A stretch of DNA of 64,000 nt. Source: Thalia democratica (Eukaryota). The stretch covers positions 80,166,001-80,230,000 of the forward strand of contig OZ241826.1 in assembly GCA_965202585.1 (NCBI GenBank), given 5' to 3'. A model generated the notes under the pieces. That model saw only the letters and a program-made list of their open reading frames with translations, made no database searches and was not told where the DNA came from. The translations under genes and the position numbers were made by a program. Positions 1-13,238 of this stretch are shown here, one piece after another. Each line of letters opens with the position of its first letter. Within the stretch, counting starts at the first letter, position 1.

Positions 1-562
1 AAATAAATGTTTGTACACTTCTAACATTTTATTTTGTTTTATATTCTAAAATTATTATAGACAGATAAATTATTTATTATACTGTATAACTGTTTAGTCT
101 ATATACTATTATTTATTTAACTTGGCTTAAAAATCTTTAATTTACATTGAGATGGTTTAAAACAATGTTGTTATTATTTATAGATTTTTTAGATAAAGTT
201 TTTGTACAAAATATAGTGGTAATGAATTATTTTATAAATATTAAGTTGCTAAAAGTTTTACAGGAAAACAATTTTTTTACTTGACGAAAGTTTAAACTTA
301 AAGTATTTGTAACTTACTAGATTAGAACTATTTTATTTTGTAGAATAAAAAAGCTTTATGAAGCTAAAAACAGTTGTTTGCATAGCAGATTTATCATGAC
401 TTTTATTATTTATTATCTTGTTTACGTGTATAAAAAAAGTTTTATATTAAAGTTAAAAAACTAGTAGTAATTATAAGTCATTTTTTTTAACAAATCTTTA
501 TTGAATTTTAAATTATATTTTTTAAGTTAATAATTTTGTTTTATTTATTAATTTATTTCTAG

Positions 563-2152
563 ACTAATGCTGGATAAGACGAATCTTGTAAAGAACATGG
601 CAGCTGCATTCGGTCAATTGGCGCCAAATTTACTTGAAAATATTAAAATAAATTGCAAGTCTGAAGCAGAAGAAGATGTGAGCCAATCAGAAGAATGGCA
701 TTCAAAAAATGTCAATCTGAAAAACAACTCAAAAGAAGCTAATGTTGAAGTTGTAAACAAGTAAGTAGTTTTATGTATATTTAAACTTTATGTTGCACTT
801 AAGTTAACCCTTTTAAAGCAAGTAAGTCTTAGAATCTACAAAACATATTTTATCTTCAAACATATTTTATCCGATAAGCGTTTTTACTTCATAATGTTAA
901 AAACATCCATATACCAAAAATTCAACTAACAAACCTTGAAACTTAACTTAAAAGCTAAGTAAATAAACAATAAACTTATGTTTCAAAATTAACTTCATAG
1001 CTGTCAAAGCACATTACGTAATTATTGTAGAACTAATTTTTTACTTTAATTCTAGCAAAAGAAACGAAAAAAATGAAACAGCTGTTATAAAGTCAATGCA
1101 GAAGAACGTAAAAAGATCAAAAAGTGTTCCTATGTAAGTTTGTAATATTTTTTGTAAAATTTATTTATGGATATAGTTTAATTTTTAAATAGATATAATT
1201 CAATCAAATAAAAATGCATACTTTGTATCACATAACTTTTGTTTTCTTTTTCAAAGCTTTGTAAAGCTGATAGTTGTAAAAAAATATTCCTACTGCAGTA
1301 AAACTTAACCTTTTGTGAAACAAAAATAAAATGTTAGATTTTCATTTTCAGAGAACTTAAAGAACATACCAAAAGGCTAAGAACTTCTAGTTCACTTTTT
1401 AACTCGTAAGTTTATAAGAACTTTATACATCTAACATAAATTTGTTGTTTAAATCTGTAATAACCTTGTTTTGCTTTACAGAAATTCCACTTCAGAAGGC
1501 GTTTCTCTTAACAACTTTAATCTTCTGAACAACAAAACAACGCTTAAAACTGAACCCCTACATCAAACCCAAACAAAAAACGCTTTATTGTTGGGTAAAA
1601 CTAACAACAGAACGTCTTTTATGTCTCCTGATGAACTTACAATTGAAACGATATTGAAAAACTCTGATGACATGATCAAATGGAGTTGTGAAAGAGTCGG
1701 TCAGTATTTAGATGAAATCAATTTGGGACAGTATAAACAAGTGAGTTGAAATTATAAAACTCAAAACGCATCATTTTCTTTAGGAATTTCTTAAGACTAT
1801 GTATAATTAAATTCGAACGTAGTCATAAATAGTTTTACTTAATACTAAAACTTTGAAAATAAAAGGACTTCAGTCTTGTTTAAATTAAAATTTTTAAGTT
1901 GTTGTTTGTTCTACAACACGAAATAGAAATATAGTTATGCAATAGTAACCATGACAACAGATCTTCCTTGACAACGGAATCAATGGACATTCCCTCCCGT
2001 TCATTAGGGAGGAGTCATGCTTGAACAGGTTGCAAATGAAACTAGGTCACGCTCAAACTCTCATTTCCTCCGTTCACCGTCACTTGGGGTCGTATTTCTT
2101 CATCCTTGAAGCTCACCATGCACCTTCCTCACCTCTTAACGAATCAGGGTAA
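563..2152 (+). CDS. 3' part (last 5 exons) of a SAND-SAM-type gene, paralogue of 23075-28287; encodes linker plus C-terminal SAM domain; 5' exons lie upstream of the window
   Basis: Exons 563-760, 1056-1133, 1352-1405, 1482-1740, 1961-2152 have AG/GT boundaries and consistent phases (2,2,2,2,0). Four exon lengths equal those of the downstream paralogue (78, 54, 259, 192) and one is 198 vs 204. The translation ends WSCERVGQYLDEINLGQYKQIFLDNGINGHSLPFIREESCLNRLQMKLGHAQTLISSVHRHL...ESG*, a SAM fold pattern (W..E.V..YL...LG.Y...F....I.G..L.......L....MKLGHA). Confidence 0.92.
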
Positions 2153-3989
2153 AACCCGAGATTGGAACTTGATTACTGTTCAAATTTTAATTTAACGTCT
2201 CTATTTGCTTACACGGCACTTCTTAAGTTTACCTTCTGTTGTTGAAGTACAAATGAGTTACTTTTTTACAATGTTTTTTTTTTTCATATGTTAATTTAGC
2301 AGATAGTTATTTTCTATCGACTGTCTTTTTTTCTGATGTTTAAAAGCAGTTTTATTTTGTGCTTTTTAATAATTTTTACTTAGTTAAAATAAATTAGTAA
2401 AAATAGAAATTAGTTTATTAACAGTTCTTAAATGTCTACTACAAGATCGACAAATTTCGTTTTTTTTATGTTCAAAAATAAACTTAGAAATCTGAAGTTT
2501 GTTTAAAATTTAAGCACGTCACTATTTACCGATTCAGGGTAAAACCAAAGATTTAAACAAGATTACTGTGCAAATTTTATATTTAATTTTACGTCTCTAG
2601 TCGCTTCAGAAGTTTCTTATTCATCGATATCGAAACTGAACTATATTTTGCTTTTTTCTTTCTTCTTTTTTTATTTTTTTTTTTCTCTACTCGCTTACAC
2701 AACTTACTTAAAACTAAAACTGAATTACTTTTTACTCATTGGATAGGTTGTTTGTTCTTCTCTGTTAGCGCTTAATCTATTTGAAATCTTTTAAATTATA
2801 TTCAAAAATCTTAACAATTAGTTAGGCTTGTTTTATGAATTCTGCCTTATTCTATAAGTTGTTAAGAAATTAAATTAAATGTATCTTGTTTTACTGCTTT
2901 TTTTTTGTGAATTTTTAACTAGATTTTTCTTTTATAAATTAACATTATTAAAGAGATTTAAAGAGTCAAAGAAAACTGTTAGGCATAGTTTCATTAGTAA
3001 ATATAATTTTTTGTAGCTTTTTTATGATCAAGTAAAAAGAGTATTGCTGCATTATCTACAGTTTTTAATTTGTTTTAAGCTAAATAAAAATTAAAATATA
3101 TTTACAACAGTATAAATGTCTACTTATATCAAATTTTGCTAGTAAGGTATAGTTTCTATTGTGTGTTTTAACCCTTTAATGTTTAGATTATTTTTTGGGT
3201 TTTATGACTTTTAACTTTGTAATTATAAGTTTACAAGTTTATTTTGTTTTCACGCTTTCTTAATTTGAATTCCTATAACTGCCATCTTTTTATATTAGTT
3301 ACTGTTTTGTTTTTTCACAAAGTTTAGGCTACCGAAACCAGTACAAAAATAAATTATTAAACTTGCTTTTGTCTAATAATTTAATAATTAATAAAATAAA
3401 TTAAAAAAAAGCTAAGTATTGTTTTCGTTTTATTAAAGTAAAATACTAAACATTTCTATTATATATTCAATATTTGTGCATACAACCTAAAACACAAAAT
3501 TTTTTAGTTTCAATAAATTAATTTTGCAATTAGCAATATATAGATTGTAGAAGAGATAAATTAAAACATTAACTAAAAAATTGTTTGTTATTTTTTTTGT
3601 TTTAAATATTTAACTTTATTAAAATAAATTTACTTTATTTAATTTTTTAAGTTTATTTATTAAAAAATTTACGTAATATTCAAAGAATTTATTGAAATAA
3701 CTTTTTGTTAAAAACAGTTAGTAAAATCAATCCACAGTTAAAACTTTTATATTGTCAACCTTAAGTTGACTGAATTTTTAAACAAAATTTTTTGAATTTT
3801 AATACCTAAGTTTAATAAAAATATATCATAAATAAACTTATTTTTTTTTCAAGAGAAGATTTAAACAGATACAATCTGAAAAAAAAAGTTAAACTTAAAA
3901 GAATTATTTAGAACTTTATTAAAATTTTGAAATTACAACCAAACTACATACATATAAATAAAAAGTGAAAAATAAAAAAAGCTCAAGTC

Positions 3990-5070
3990 AAACCACGTGA
4001 CCCGATGTGGTTTCAACGGCAACCGATACCAGCCGCAGCAACAACCGACGATGGTCACGACCAATCACGACCACGAACTAAAAGCGGTGACGAAATTTGC
4101 GAGACAATGTTTTGCTGACGGCAATCGTGAAAAGAAGAAAATTTTACTTCATATCAGCAAGTGGTGTGTAAACAGTGAAAGATCGGCACGACGCTGTGCG
4201 AACAAATTAAATGAACAAATTGAGCGTAAATTCACTAAAGTCTAATTATCTGATTTTGTGTTCGTTTTTCGCCAGCAATAAGCTTATTGAGCGCTCGATT
4301 GGCGGAAAGAGGTAATTAACGCGTGGTGTGTGGTAGCACCTCTCGTTGAAAACTTGATGCGTTTAGAAGCAGATAAAAAAGCGAGGTGAAAGTCTGCGAG
4401 GTCGGCGACGTTTCGAGCTTAGTGTTCGGAAATAAAGGTGAAGTTTTTTGTCTGTAATTCATTTAATATTAGAAAATTTTTCAAATTTTCAGCTTTATGC
4501 ACTAGTTGGTTTTTGAGGAAATATGTTGCCTTTTTAGCAAAAAAGAAAAGAAAATAGTTTACAACTGACTTATAATTTTTTTTTTGCAAAAAATTGTTAA
4601 TATTGTTTTTCGTTTAATTTAAAGTTATTGAAATATATTAAAAAGAAATAAGAAAGAAAACGTACTACCATCATAATATGTCTCGGTAACAAGAAGCAAA
4701 ATTCAAACTTTTGAAAGACGTGTGTGTGGAAGGTTACTAACGCGCGCGAAATGCACCTAAGAGCTTCTTATGACGATCGTGCCAACAGTAAACCGCCGCT
4801 GCCAGCAAAATCCGCTGCTAATTTGCTGCCTATCTAATTAACGGCATAAGGAGCTTTTAGAAGAAAAGCTGAAGTGAGTTCAACACCAAGTCGATGCCCA
4901 TCATTCACATACAACTTGCCCTCACCTAATTTCACTGCTTCTTATCATGCTGAGGTTATTCCCCTTCGTTTCGTTCACTAGCAAGCTGCTGTCTGTTGTC
5001 ACAAACTGGGAAAGAAGATTCGAGATTTCATTGTTGTTACGTCTCTTTTAAAGGGGGGAAATGAAGTTCG
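3990..5070 (-). repeat. Old inverted segmental duplicate of 16980-18190 (non-coding, conserved in blocks)
   Basis: Colinear reverse-complement blocks: 4900-4990 (CATTCACATACAACTTGCCCTCACCTAATTTC...CTTCGTTTCGTTCAC) vs 17105-17180; 4300-4430 vs 17690-17830; 4000-4250 vs 17960-18190. Confidence 0.85.
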
Positions 5071-8000
5071 TAATGGAAAATTTCTGGTTGTTTTATTGTT
5101 GAGTTGAAATTTGCGCAGCTCGTCAGAATGCCGCCTTTTCCTTGTCGATATTCGACTGTTGAGTTTTCATTGAATTTTTGAAATTGTTTTTCAAGTTCAC
5201 TTGCTTGTCAGGAATTGTTAATGCAATATTTTTCGATACAGTCTTTATGAGTTCGTAGTAAAAGCTCTTTTGTTGTACACTTTTTTTGAATCAGATATTA
5301 TGTTTTTAGAATAATAACAGTTTAAGTATTTGTCTTTAATCTTCTATTACTTGGTTAATATCAACTAGTCTTGTTGTACTTAACTTATATTTCAAATAAT
5401 AAATTTTAAAAGTATTTATAATATGGTTATTGTGAAAAAGATTGTCACAAAAATTTTAAACAACTAAGTTCGAATAGTTTTATAAACTCACTATATTTTC
5501 GTAAGCTTATTACTCTACAAGCTTTAAATACTCAATTATCTTAACTTTTTCATAAGTTAACGCATAACATAGTTTTGTAATTAATATTTTCTGACTTTCA
5601 GTCTTATAAATATTTTAATAATCGCTTGCTTTGCGCACATCTACAATTGCGCAATAGTTTTCCTGGCGAAGACGGTTAACTGTATCCATTTAGTGTTCGA
5701 CTTAATAACTGAATGTTTTTTTTATACACTAGGTTTTTAGATCACACATTTTTAATCGATTTTGTTTTGTCGTTTAATATATTAAATAATAGTTAAGATA
5801 TTTCGGCAACTTTGAAAATCATTCGAGTCTGCCAAAGTTGTCAAATACGTTTTTCTTAAGTATTAAGACCTTTAATAAAGTATTTTTGTAATTTTTTCAA
5901 CTTAAATAACTTATTGTTTAAATCTAATACTTATGTTGAATGATTAACTTTTAAATTAAATGTATAAGTTGCCTATCTATAACGTTTATACACTCTAATG
6001 TCTTTCTAAAAAATATTTACGTACGCTTAAAATCGTGTATTTAATAAATTTATCATTAAGCAACATTTTCAAACTGACCACCGAAAGAGAAAATGCAAAC
6101 GAGATCATATATGTAACTCAAGCTTAAATTCTGACGGAAATATTGACTTGTACTTGCTGTAAAAACTACTGAGTAGTATTACGTTAATTGAGAATTGTAT
6201 GATATTAACTTTTTTTTACTTGTTGTTGTAAAAAGTAAGTGATATTTTTTACAGAAAATATCCTGTGTGAATTTTTCTTAACAAATAGAGCTTTAAGCTA
6301 AATAATTTTTTTTAGAGATTTAATTTCTAAACATCCGTTGTATTTTTTCGTAAGTTTTTTGTTTGGTTTAAAAATTTGCTTAATTTATATTAAGTACGAT
6401 TTTAAGCGATCGAAAAAAAAAAAACAAAGTTACAAATAAGTTTAAATGAATAATTTACAATTATTTAAACTTTCTAATAAACTAACAGAAAAACTGATAA
6501 GTAAAAACAAAACTTATTTTCTTAAGCCTCATTTCTATTAAAACTATATAAATTTCTTATATTTTTCTATAGGTTATGGTCCAAGAAATCCTGCACAAGT
6601 TATCGGTTTAAAACATGTATTTAAAATGATGCAGTTATTTGTCATAATTACAAACTTTAAAAATATACTTGAAACATCATTATGATACAAGAAAACTTAA
6701 AACGAGAAAATAATTGTTTAATTTAATTTTGAATAGCCTATTTTAAATAGTCTGTTTGTGTTAATATAATAAGTTAAACAGTTGATGAAAATTGATGTAT
6801 ATGGTAGAACAAAATCAAAAGCAGAGAACTTTTTGCACAACTTTTAAATGGTAATTTTGAAAATCATAGGTAAATAAATTAGGTTTTATTTGTTATGTGC
6901 GCACACAAGATTGATGTGATCGAGCTAAAAGTGAAAATAAAATCAAGCTCAATTTTTAAAGCTTGTTTGGAACAAAGTTTAGCTAAAATCACGAAAAAGT
7001 TCAGTTGTAGAGGAGAATTTTTGTGTTTCATTTGGGCTATTAAACTTGGTTATCCGAGTGACATTTGTTTTGATAGTCAGTTTATATATATTTTTTTTAA
7101 GTTTTACACCGTTTTTAGGTTTAAGAAAAGACTTAATAAAAACTAACCTTCAGGTAAATCTACTTAGAAAACTATTATAAATTAAATTTCTAATAAAATT
7201 AATCTCACAAAAAAAAAATTAAAGCATTTCAAAACTTGTTAAAACTTATTATTTTTTAAATTTAAACCAATCGTAGAGGTATTTTATTTTAAAATATAGG
7301 TTTTACTTTTAACTTTAGCAGAATTGTTAAAGTTATATTTTAAGTATTCAATTAGTGAACTTAGACAGCTAAAAAATCAAAATGTTTGTTAAAACTTATA
7401 AATAAGACCAAAGGCTTATTTGGTTTGTTTTATCTTGAGGCTGTAAACAAACAGTTTTTAATGAAATCTTTTTTTATTTTATATACTTAAAATATTTATA
7501 ATTTCAAACAAATTTCAATTCTTTTCAAGTACATGTTTATAAATTTCAGGCATTTGTTGTAAATGTACTACATATAGATAGTATGAGCTTTAAGTGTTTT
7601 AAAGCTATTTAAATTTGACATCTCTCTTAAAACATTTTTTGATTTAAAAATGCAATTTTATTTTTCATTTAAGGGCCAAACAAAACATTTTTTACTTTAT
7701 ATTGAAATAATTGTGCTGAACTATCACTTATAAATAAAATGAACGAACAAATATTTATACTTTGTTGTTTGAACTAAGAAAATTAGATGCCAAAGTAAAA
7801 TTTGACAAAGTTTTTCGTAAATTCGGTTTTTGTAATTTAGATTGACGTAGTTTGAATTACCGAATTTGGAATTGTCGTAATCTGAACGTCAGAACTTTAA
7901 ATGTCGCATTTAAATTATTGAAAATTAAAAACTCAGAACTTGAAATGAAGAAAATTGAAGTCTGAAATCTGACTTCGGCTTTCATAATTAAAATTTCCTA

Positions 8001-8169
8001 GTTTTATCTGTCGTACTAAGATTTCGTATCCAAAATCTAAAATCAAGTTTAAATTTTTTAGTCAGAACTATAAATATTTTTTTTTAAATTAATTTGACTT
8101 TATTTAGAAAAACTTAGGTTTTACGTTAGTCACACTAGCTCTAAATTAACAAAACGCACTTTAAACAGC

Positions 8170-8705
8170 ACTGCTACATTTTGATCAGAAAAATTTTACT
8201 CTCGCAAGCCATTCGTTCGACTTCGCATTAGCTTCGCAAAAAAAAAAAGCCGTGATAGTAAACGACAGGCCGAAGGTTTAAAAGGAAACTCGGACAAAAC
8301 GAGAAAGCTGTTGTCGATCGATAAACTTCAAAAATCCAACGACGGAGATTGTCAATAGAAAACAGCCGTATAAAAGTTGTGACTTTTGTGAAATAAAAAT
8401 AAGCTTCAGTAAGCATCTTCGACAGTTTTTTTACATTACTGCTGCATTTTGATCGGAAAAAATTTACTCTAGCAAGCCATGTTTTAGATTTCGTATCAGC
8501 TTTGCAAAAATATTATCGTCGTGAAAGTAAGCAATATGCCGAAGGTTTAATAAAAAATTTGGTCAAAACGAGAAAGCTCTCGTCAATCGATAAATTTATG
8601 ATAAATCCAACTACGAAAGTTGTCAATGAAAAGCAGAAGAAAGTGACAGCAAAGTTGCAAATCGAGGAACGAGGCATAAAATATGATATTCAGTAAGCAT
8701 TAGCA
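8170..8705. repeat. Tandem duplication, 2 x ~270 bp
   Basis: CTGCTACATTTTGATCAGAAAAATTTTACTCTCGCAAGCCAT at 8172 and CTGCTGCATTTTGATCGGAAAAAATTTACTCTAGCAAGCCAT at 8439; both units end TCAGTAAGCAT. Confidence 0.85.
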
Positions 8706-10960
8706 GTTTCGTTGGTACTCGCTGCTTTTTCGAGCTTAAAAGAAATGAGGTGAAAAATTCGCGTGGCTCACAATTATTAAAGTTGTCAGAAACAACAACA
8801 TCGAATATCGAGTCGATTATAAGCATAACTGTTATATTCACAACATTTCAGTGGAATAATTCGCTTTATTGTATAAACGGGCTTTTAGGTGTTTTTATTT
8901 CTCAGAAATAATAATTTAACAGCTGAAATTTGCTCACAAGTAAAGTTGTAAGATGAAAATTTTCACAGTTGTTATTAAGTGTTATTATGCTATGCAATCT
9001 CGTTTTGCAAATATTGTTTTTTATTAAGCCGCCTTTAAAAATTTGAGAAAATATTTGGAGAAATTTTAATGACTTCATATTGATATAATAGTTAAGTCTT
9101 TTAATTTTCATTTAGTGCTATTTTACTGTTATTAAATAAAAATAAATTACTAGGCTTACGACAAAACTACAGTTTTTCTTAAACTCGAAGAAAAAAGGGT
9201 TTGTGCATTTCTTAATAACTTGAAGCAGATAATAAAATACTTGCAAGCAAAAAGGCTGAAATAGAAATGATCAACTTCTCGACACTTAAGTTTGATGAGT
9301 TTGCAAAGAAACTTCGTTTATTTTTTCAATTTACTAGCCATTGCTTCTCAAATTCAAATAAGTTTTTTAGAAGCAACTCAAAAGAGGTGAGATTGAAATT
9401 CGATTGCCTTTTAAACCTAATGTTGCGGAGGTTTATAAGCAATTTTTCACCGTAATCACGTTGACGCGTTTCCCTGGCAACGATATTCTTTCTCGCCCAA
9501 TCTGTCGATCAGGGTAGCAGCTTTGAAAGCTTGATGAGCAAATAGGAAGGGAGATACTCTATTTTATAAAAGTTTTAAGTCGTCTGCAGACTTTTCGATA
9601 GTTCACAATAATTAAAGTTATAAAACAAAAAATAAACTGTAAAAATATTTTTTTTTACATTTAAGTTTTTTTGTTACTTTTATGACACTGTTGATTAGTT
9701 TTTTTAACATTAAAAAATTAAGTAGTAAATACTTAATAATCTATCAAAAAGTAACAAAACTAGCTACTGATACAACACAGATTTCTGCAAAGTTAAAGGA
9801 AAACAAGAAATATACGAATTGAAAAGAAATAAGTTAATAAACTTTAAACTCGTTAGAAAAACCACAAATCAATAACAACTTTGTTGTTACGAGTATTGAC
9901 TCTCGCTTAGTAGTTTATACTAACGATTGGCGGCAACCGAAGTATATGTGATTCAAACTATGTTACTTTTATTACGTCACACAGGAAGTGAATCTTCGTT
10001 TCGTTGAAATCAGCTGTTTATGATTGAGTTGTTTATAAAATTCAAAAATTCTTTTGTTGCCCTCCAAAGTAAAAGTGTTTTACTTAAACTTGACTTTATT
10101 GCCTTCATTTCAGTTCTATATCATTTAAACAGTAGTATTAAAATATCTTATTTTATGTATTTAGTCCTTATAAAAACAAATACTTGATCATAACTAAAAA
10201 TGTATGTTAATTTATTTTAGTAATTATCAAACAACTATCATGTTTTTACTTTTAAAAGACCTATAACCTTTAGTAACTAGCCGCTAAGTTTACTTGAATT
10301 TGTGTACCGTTTATTGTTATCAAAAAATATTTATATTTTAAATCACTGTAGCTTTAAACTCTAGTATCTTTTTATGTAAACAAATACACAGCGTTGTATA
10401 ACTTTAAAAGTATTATATTTTTATTATAAGCCAGACTTTTGAAATTATCTTTAGGTGTATGTGTATAAAATTGATAAGTTATTACCAATTAAGAAAATCA
10501 ATAACTTCCACTTAAACTTAAATAGTACATTCTATACAGCACATATCAATACGCAATAGTGGTTTTATAGAAAAACAAAATTTAATAATATGTTTTGCTA
10601 CTAAATTGCATATTCATTATCATATCTAAAACATAATAAAAACTAAATAAAACAAGATCGATGTACCAAGTATGTTTTAGTTGAGACTAATAAACAAGAT
10701 AAGTGTCTAGTAACAAGTGGAATTACACATCATACAAGCTAAACTGACAAATATGTCTCTGTTCAAACAATTTGTTCGCTGGCAATGGTTACTAAGCAAA
10801 GGACGAGCAAATCTGTAATCAAATTAAGACGATAAGCGCAGATCGCATCTCACGTAGCAACCAAGGTGGCATGGTTGCTTAGCAACAAGGTTGTCAGTCA
10901 TCACTTCCGTAGTTTAGAGAAGATTAAATCGTTTTAGTGAGTTGTCGATACGTGACAAAT
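8170..10960 (-). repeat. Inverted paralogue of the upstream cassette 19750-22780 (X-element, orphan last exon, H element, two promoter/5'UTR copies)
   Basis: Read on the minus strand, the order is X-element (10900-10730), orphan-exon homologue (10050-9880), element shared with 36350-36490 (9530-9390), then promoter homologues (8700-8510, 8420-8240). This is the order seen at 19.8-22.8 kb and 34.9-36.5 kb. Confidence 0.75.
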
Positions 10961-13084
10961 TTTGTATCAAACTATTTTATAACTTTTTAAATAAATTTTC
11001 TACAAAATTTATAGTTAACTAATATAAAGTTATTTAATATTCAAATAAGTCATTAGAATTAATTCAAAATAACATGTTAATGTTTTTGCCGAAATGTTTT
11101 AGTATTTTGCATTTTTTCTGGTTTAAACGTTCTGGTTTAAACTTTCAAAAAACTCTAGATTAACAGAACTTTGATGTTTCTTGAAAAAAACTTAAAGGGC
11201 TAGACTAAAAATGTTGCACTTAGTTTTTTTTTAATTCAAAAAACAACTCCTTTATTAAAATACATTGAACGATGATACATTATAAAAAAGGTAATTACAA
11301 ACTAGATACCACATCTCGCATTACAAACAGCTAATATAACTGAACAGCAAGTTATAAGATTTCAATAAACTTCTTACAAAGTCCGTGGTAGAAGTAAGCC
11401 GATTTTAATTATGTTGCTAACTTCAGGTGTTAATTAATTAACACAAGAAACTGAGTTATAACGAAAGTTAAAAGAAAATCTGAAAACAAGTTTTCATGCA
11501 CCCATCAATCACAAGTTCGAAACTTAATGTAATTTTTCGTTTCGTTATCCGGATAGTCTTCCTTGCTAAAAGTACCAGTTCTTTTATTTAAAAGAAATAA
11601 ATACAAAACTCGAAAATGTATTCTATGAACTTTTGTCCAAATTTATAAACAGTAACTTTCATAAGTTAAATTTTTCTTCTACTACTTTCCTTAACGTAAA
11701 ACGTTTATACTGATAAACATCTGTTAAGCTTTTTAATATTTTTAGTTTATTTTTATTTACATTTTCAAAACCTGTATTCAATTTAGTCTTAAGTTCTTTT
11801 TTTCTTTAACTTTTTTAAAGTATACGTCATAAGCTAATAGTTTAAATTGTTGAAAGTTTTTTTTGTAATGGTACCCTGTTCAACTTTTAGTGTTACGATA
11901 AAGCGTTTCAAGTATTTAAAATTGATTAAATGTTCGTAATAATTAGAAACTACGTAAAAGCAAGAAAAATTTTAGAAAAATTCTCATTTTATTATTGATA
12001 AACTCATTTAATACTCATTTAAAACTCTTACAAGTATTTGTCAAAAATAATCTATTTACGATATAGCATAACTTAAACGGTTTGTTAAAAAATAATTCAG
12101 CTAGATTTTTTTTTTTGACTATTTTAATTAGCTCATTTTTGACTAAAAATAACTTGGTTGTCATACAAAAATGTAACCAATGAAAAAACTTTTACTAAAG
12201 TTCATTAAAAATTTCAAAGTCTTTATATAAAGCATCTTAAGAAAGAACTATATGAGTTATTCTGTAAATTCGTTTTAGATTACGAGATTTTTCCTTTATA
12301 AGTTAAAAACTTTTGACAAACGGACTTTGTAAATTTTTATGAAGAAAATGTCTAAATCTTGAAAAAACATAAACACAATGATCTCATATTCGTTGCAATT
12401 GCGACGAAACAAAAACGCTATTTGAGCCAATTACTCGACGGTGGAATCTGAAAAACAATCTCGTAACGAGCGAAGCAAATACAACTAATCAAGACGCAAG
12501 TTTCGAACAAAAAGAAAAAATAAAACTTCGACTTTTAGTTTGTGACGTCACAAGTTTCTGTCACCGACGTCAGAAGCCGCTTCTTCTGTCGCTTCTCTCA
12601 TTCACTGTTGTGTGTGTTTTCTGCTGACGAGAGAAAAGGCAGCTTGTGTGTCGTTAAAAGTTGCTGCTTTTTATCTGTAAAGCGTAATAATTGGGCATTT
12701 AGGAGTCAACGGGGAATGAAAGTGATGAGATATGTTGGCACAAGAAATAACGGCAACAAAACATTCTTAATTTATAGCCATTTTGCCATTTTTTTTTGAT
12801 TATATGCTGATTCTGATAAACATGTGCGTGTTTCTGATAATTCTATTTTTGATTAAAAAATCAGTTTATAAAACAATTATTAATAAAACGCCTTTAAATA
12901 ATACCTATAAAATGTACATCGTAATTTGTTATTTTAGATCTTTAATGATTAATGTTTAGTTAGTTTGTAAAAACGAGAGCATAATTGTTAATAAAAAAAA
13001 AACAATTTTTTTAAAATTTACTTTCAGGCTTGGAAAAGATAAACAAAGTTTAAGTAATTTGCAAATAAAAAATTTGATATATAT

Positions 13085-13238
13085 CAGGGCTCGGCAGCCA
13101 AGTTTTCCACAGGCCACATTAAAAGGAAAAAGTGTTCGGAAGGCTAAAGTATTTTTTTAAAGATTAAAAAATTTTAAAGTAAAAATACTTATCATCGAGT
13201 AAAGTATTTTTAGTCCCATAAATTTGCTGGCAAGTCTA
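13085..13238. mobile_element. Possible degenerate hAT (Charlie/Chap-like) MITE
   Basis: Starts CAGGGCTCGGCAGCC...GGCCACATT, resembling CAGGGGTCGGCAACC-type ends. The right end TTGCTGGCAAGTCT matches only weakly. Confidence 0.3.

Noticed and set aside
3997-4245. 82-aa ORF, and the 66-aa ORF at 17991-18191 in its inverted partner
   Set aside because: The homologous segments give unrelated peptides on opposite strands; conservation follows motifs, not codons.
11427-11444. Perfect 18-bp palindrome GTGTTAATTAATTAACAC
   Set aside because: Mostly A/T and single-copy; plausible by chance in this composition, although it could be a homeodomain site.
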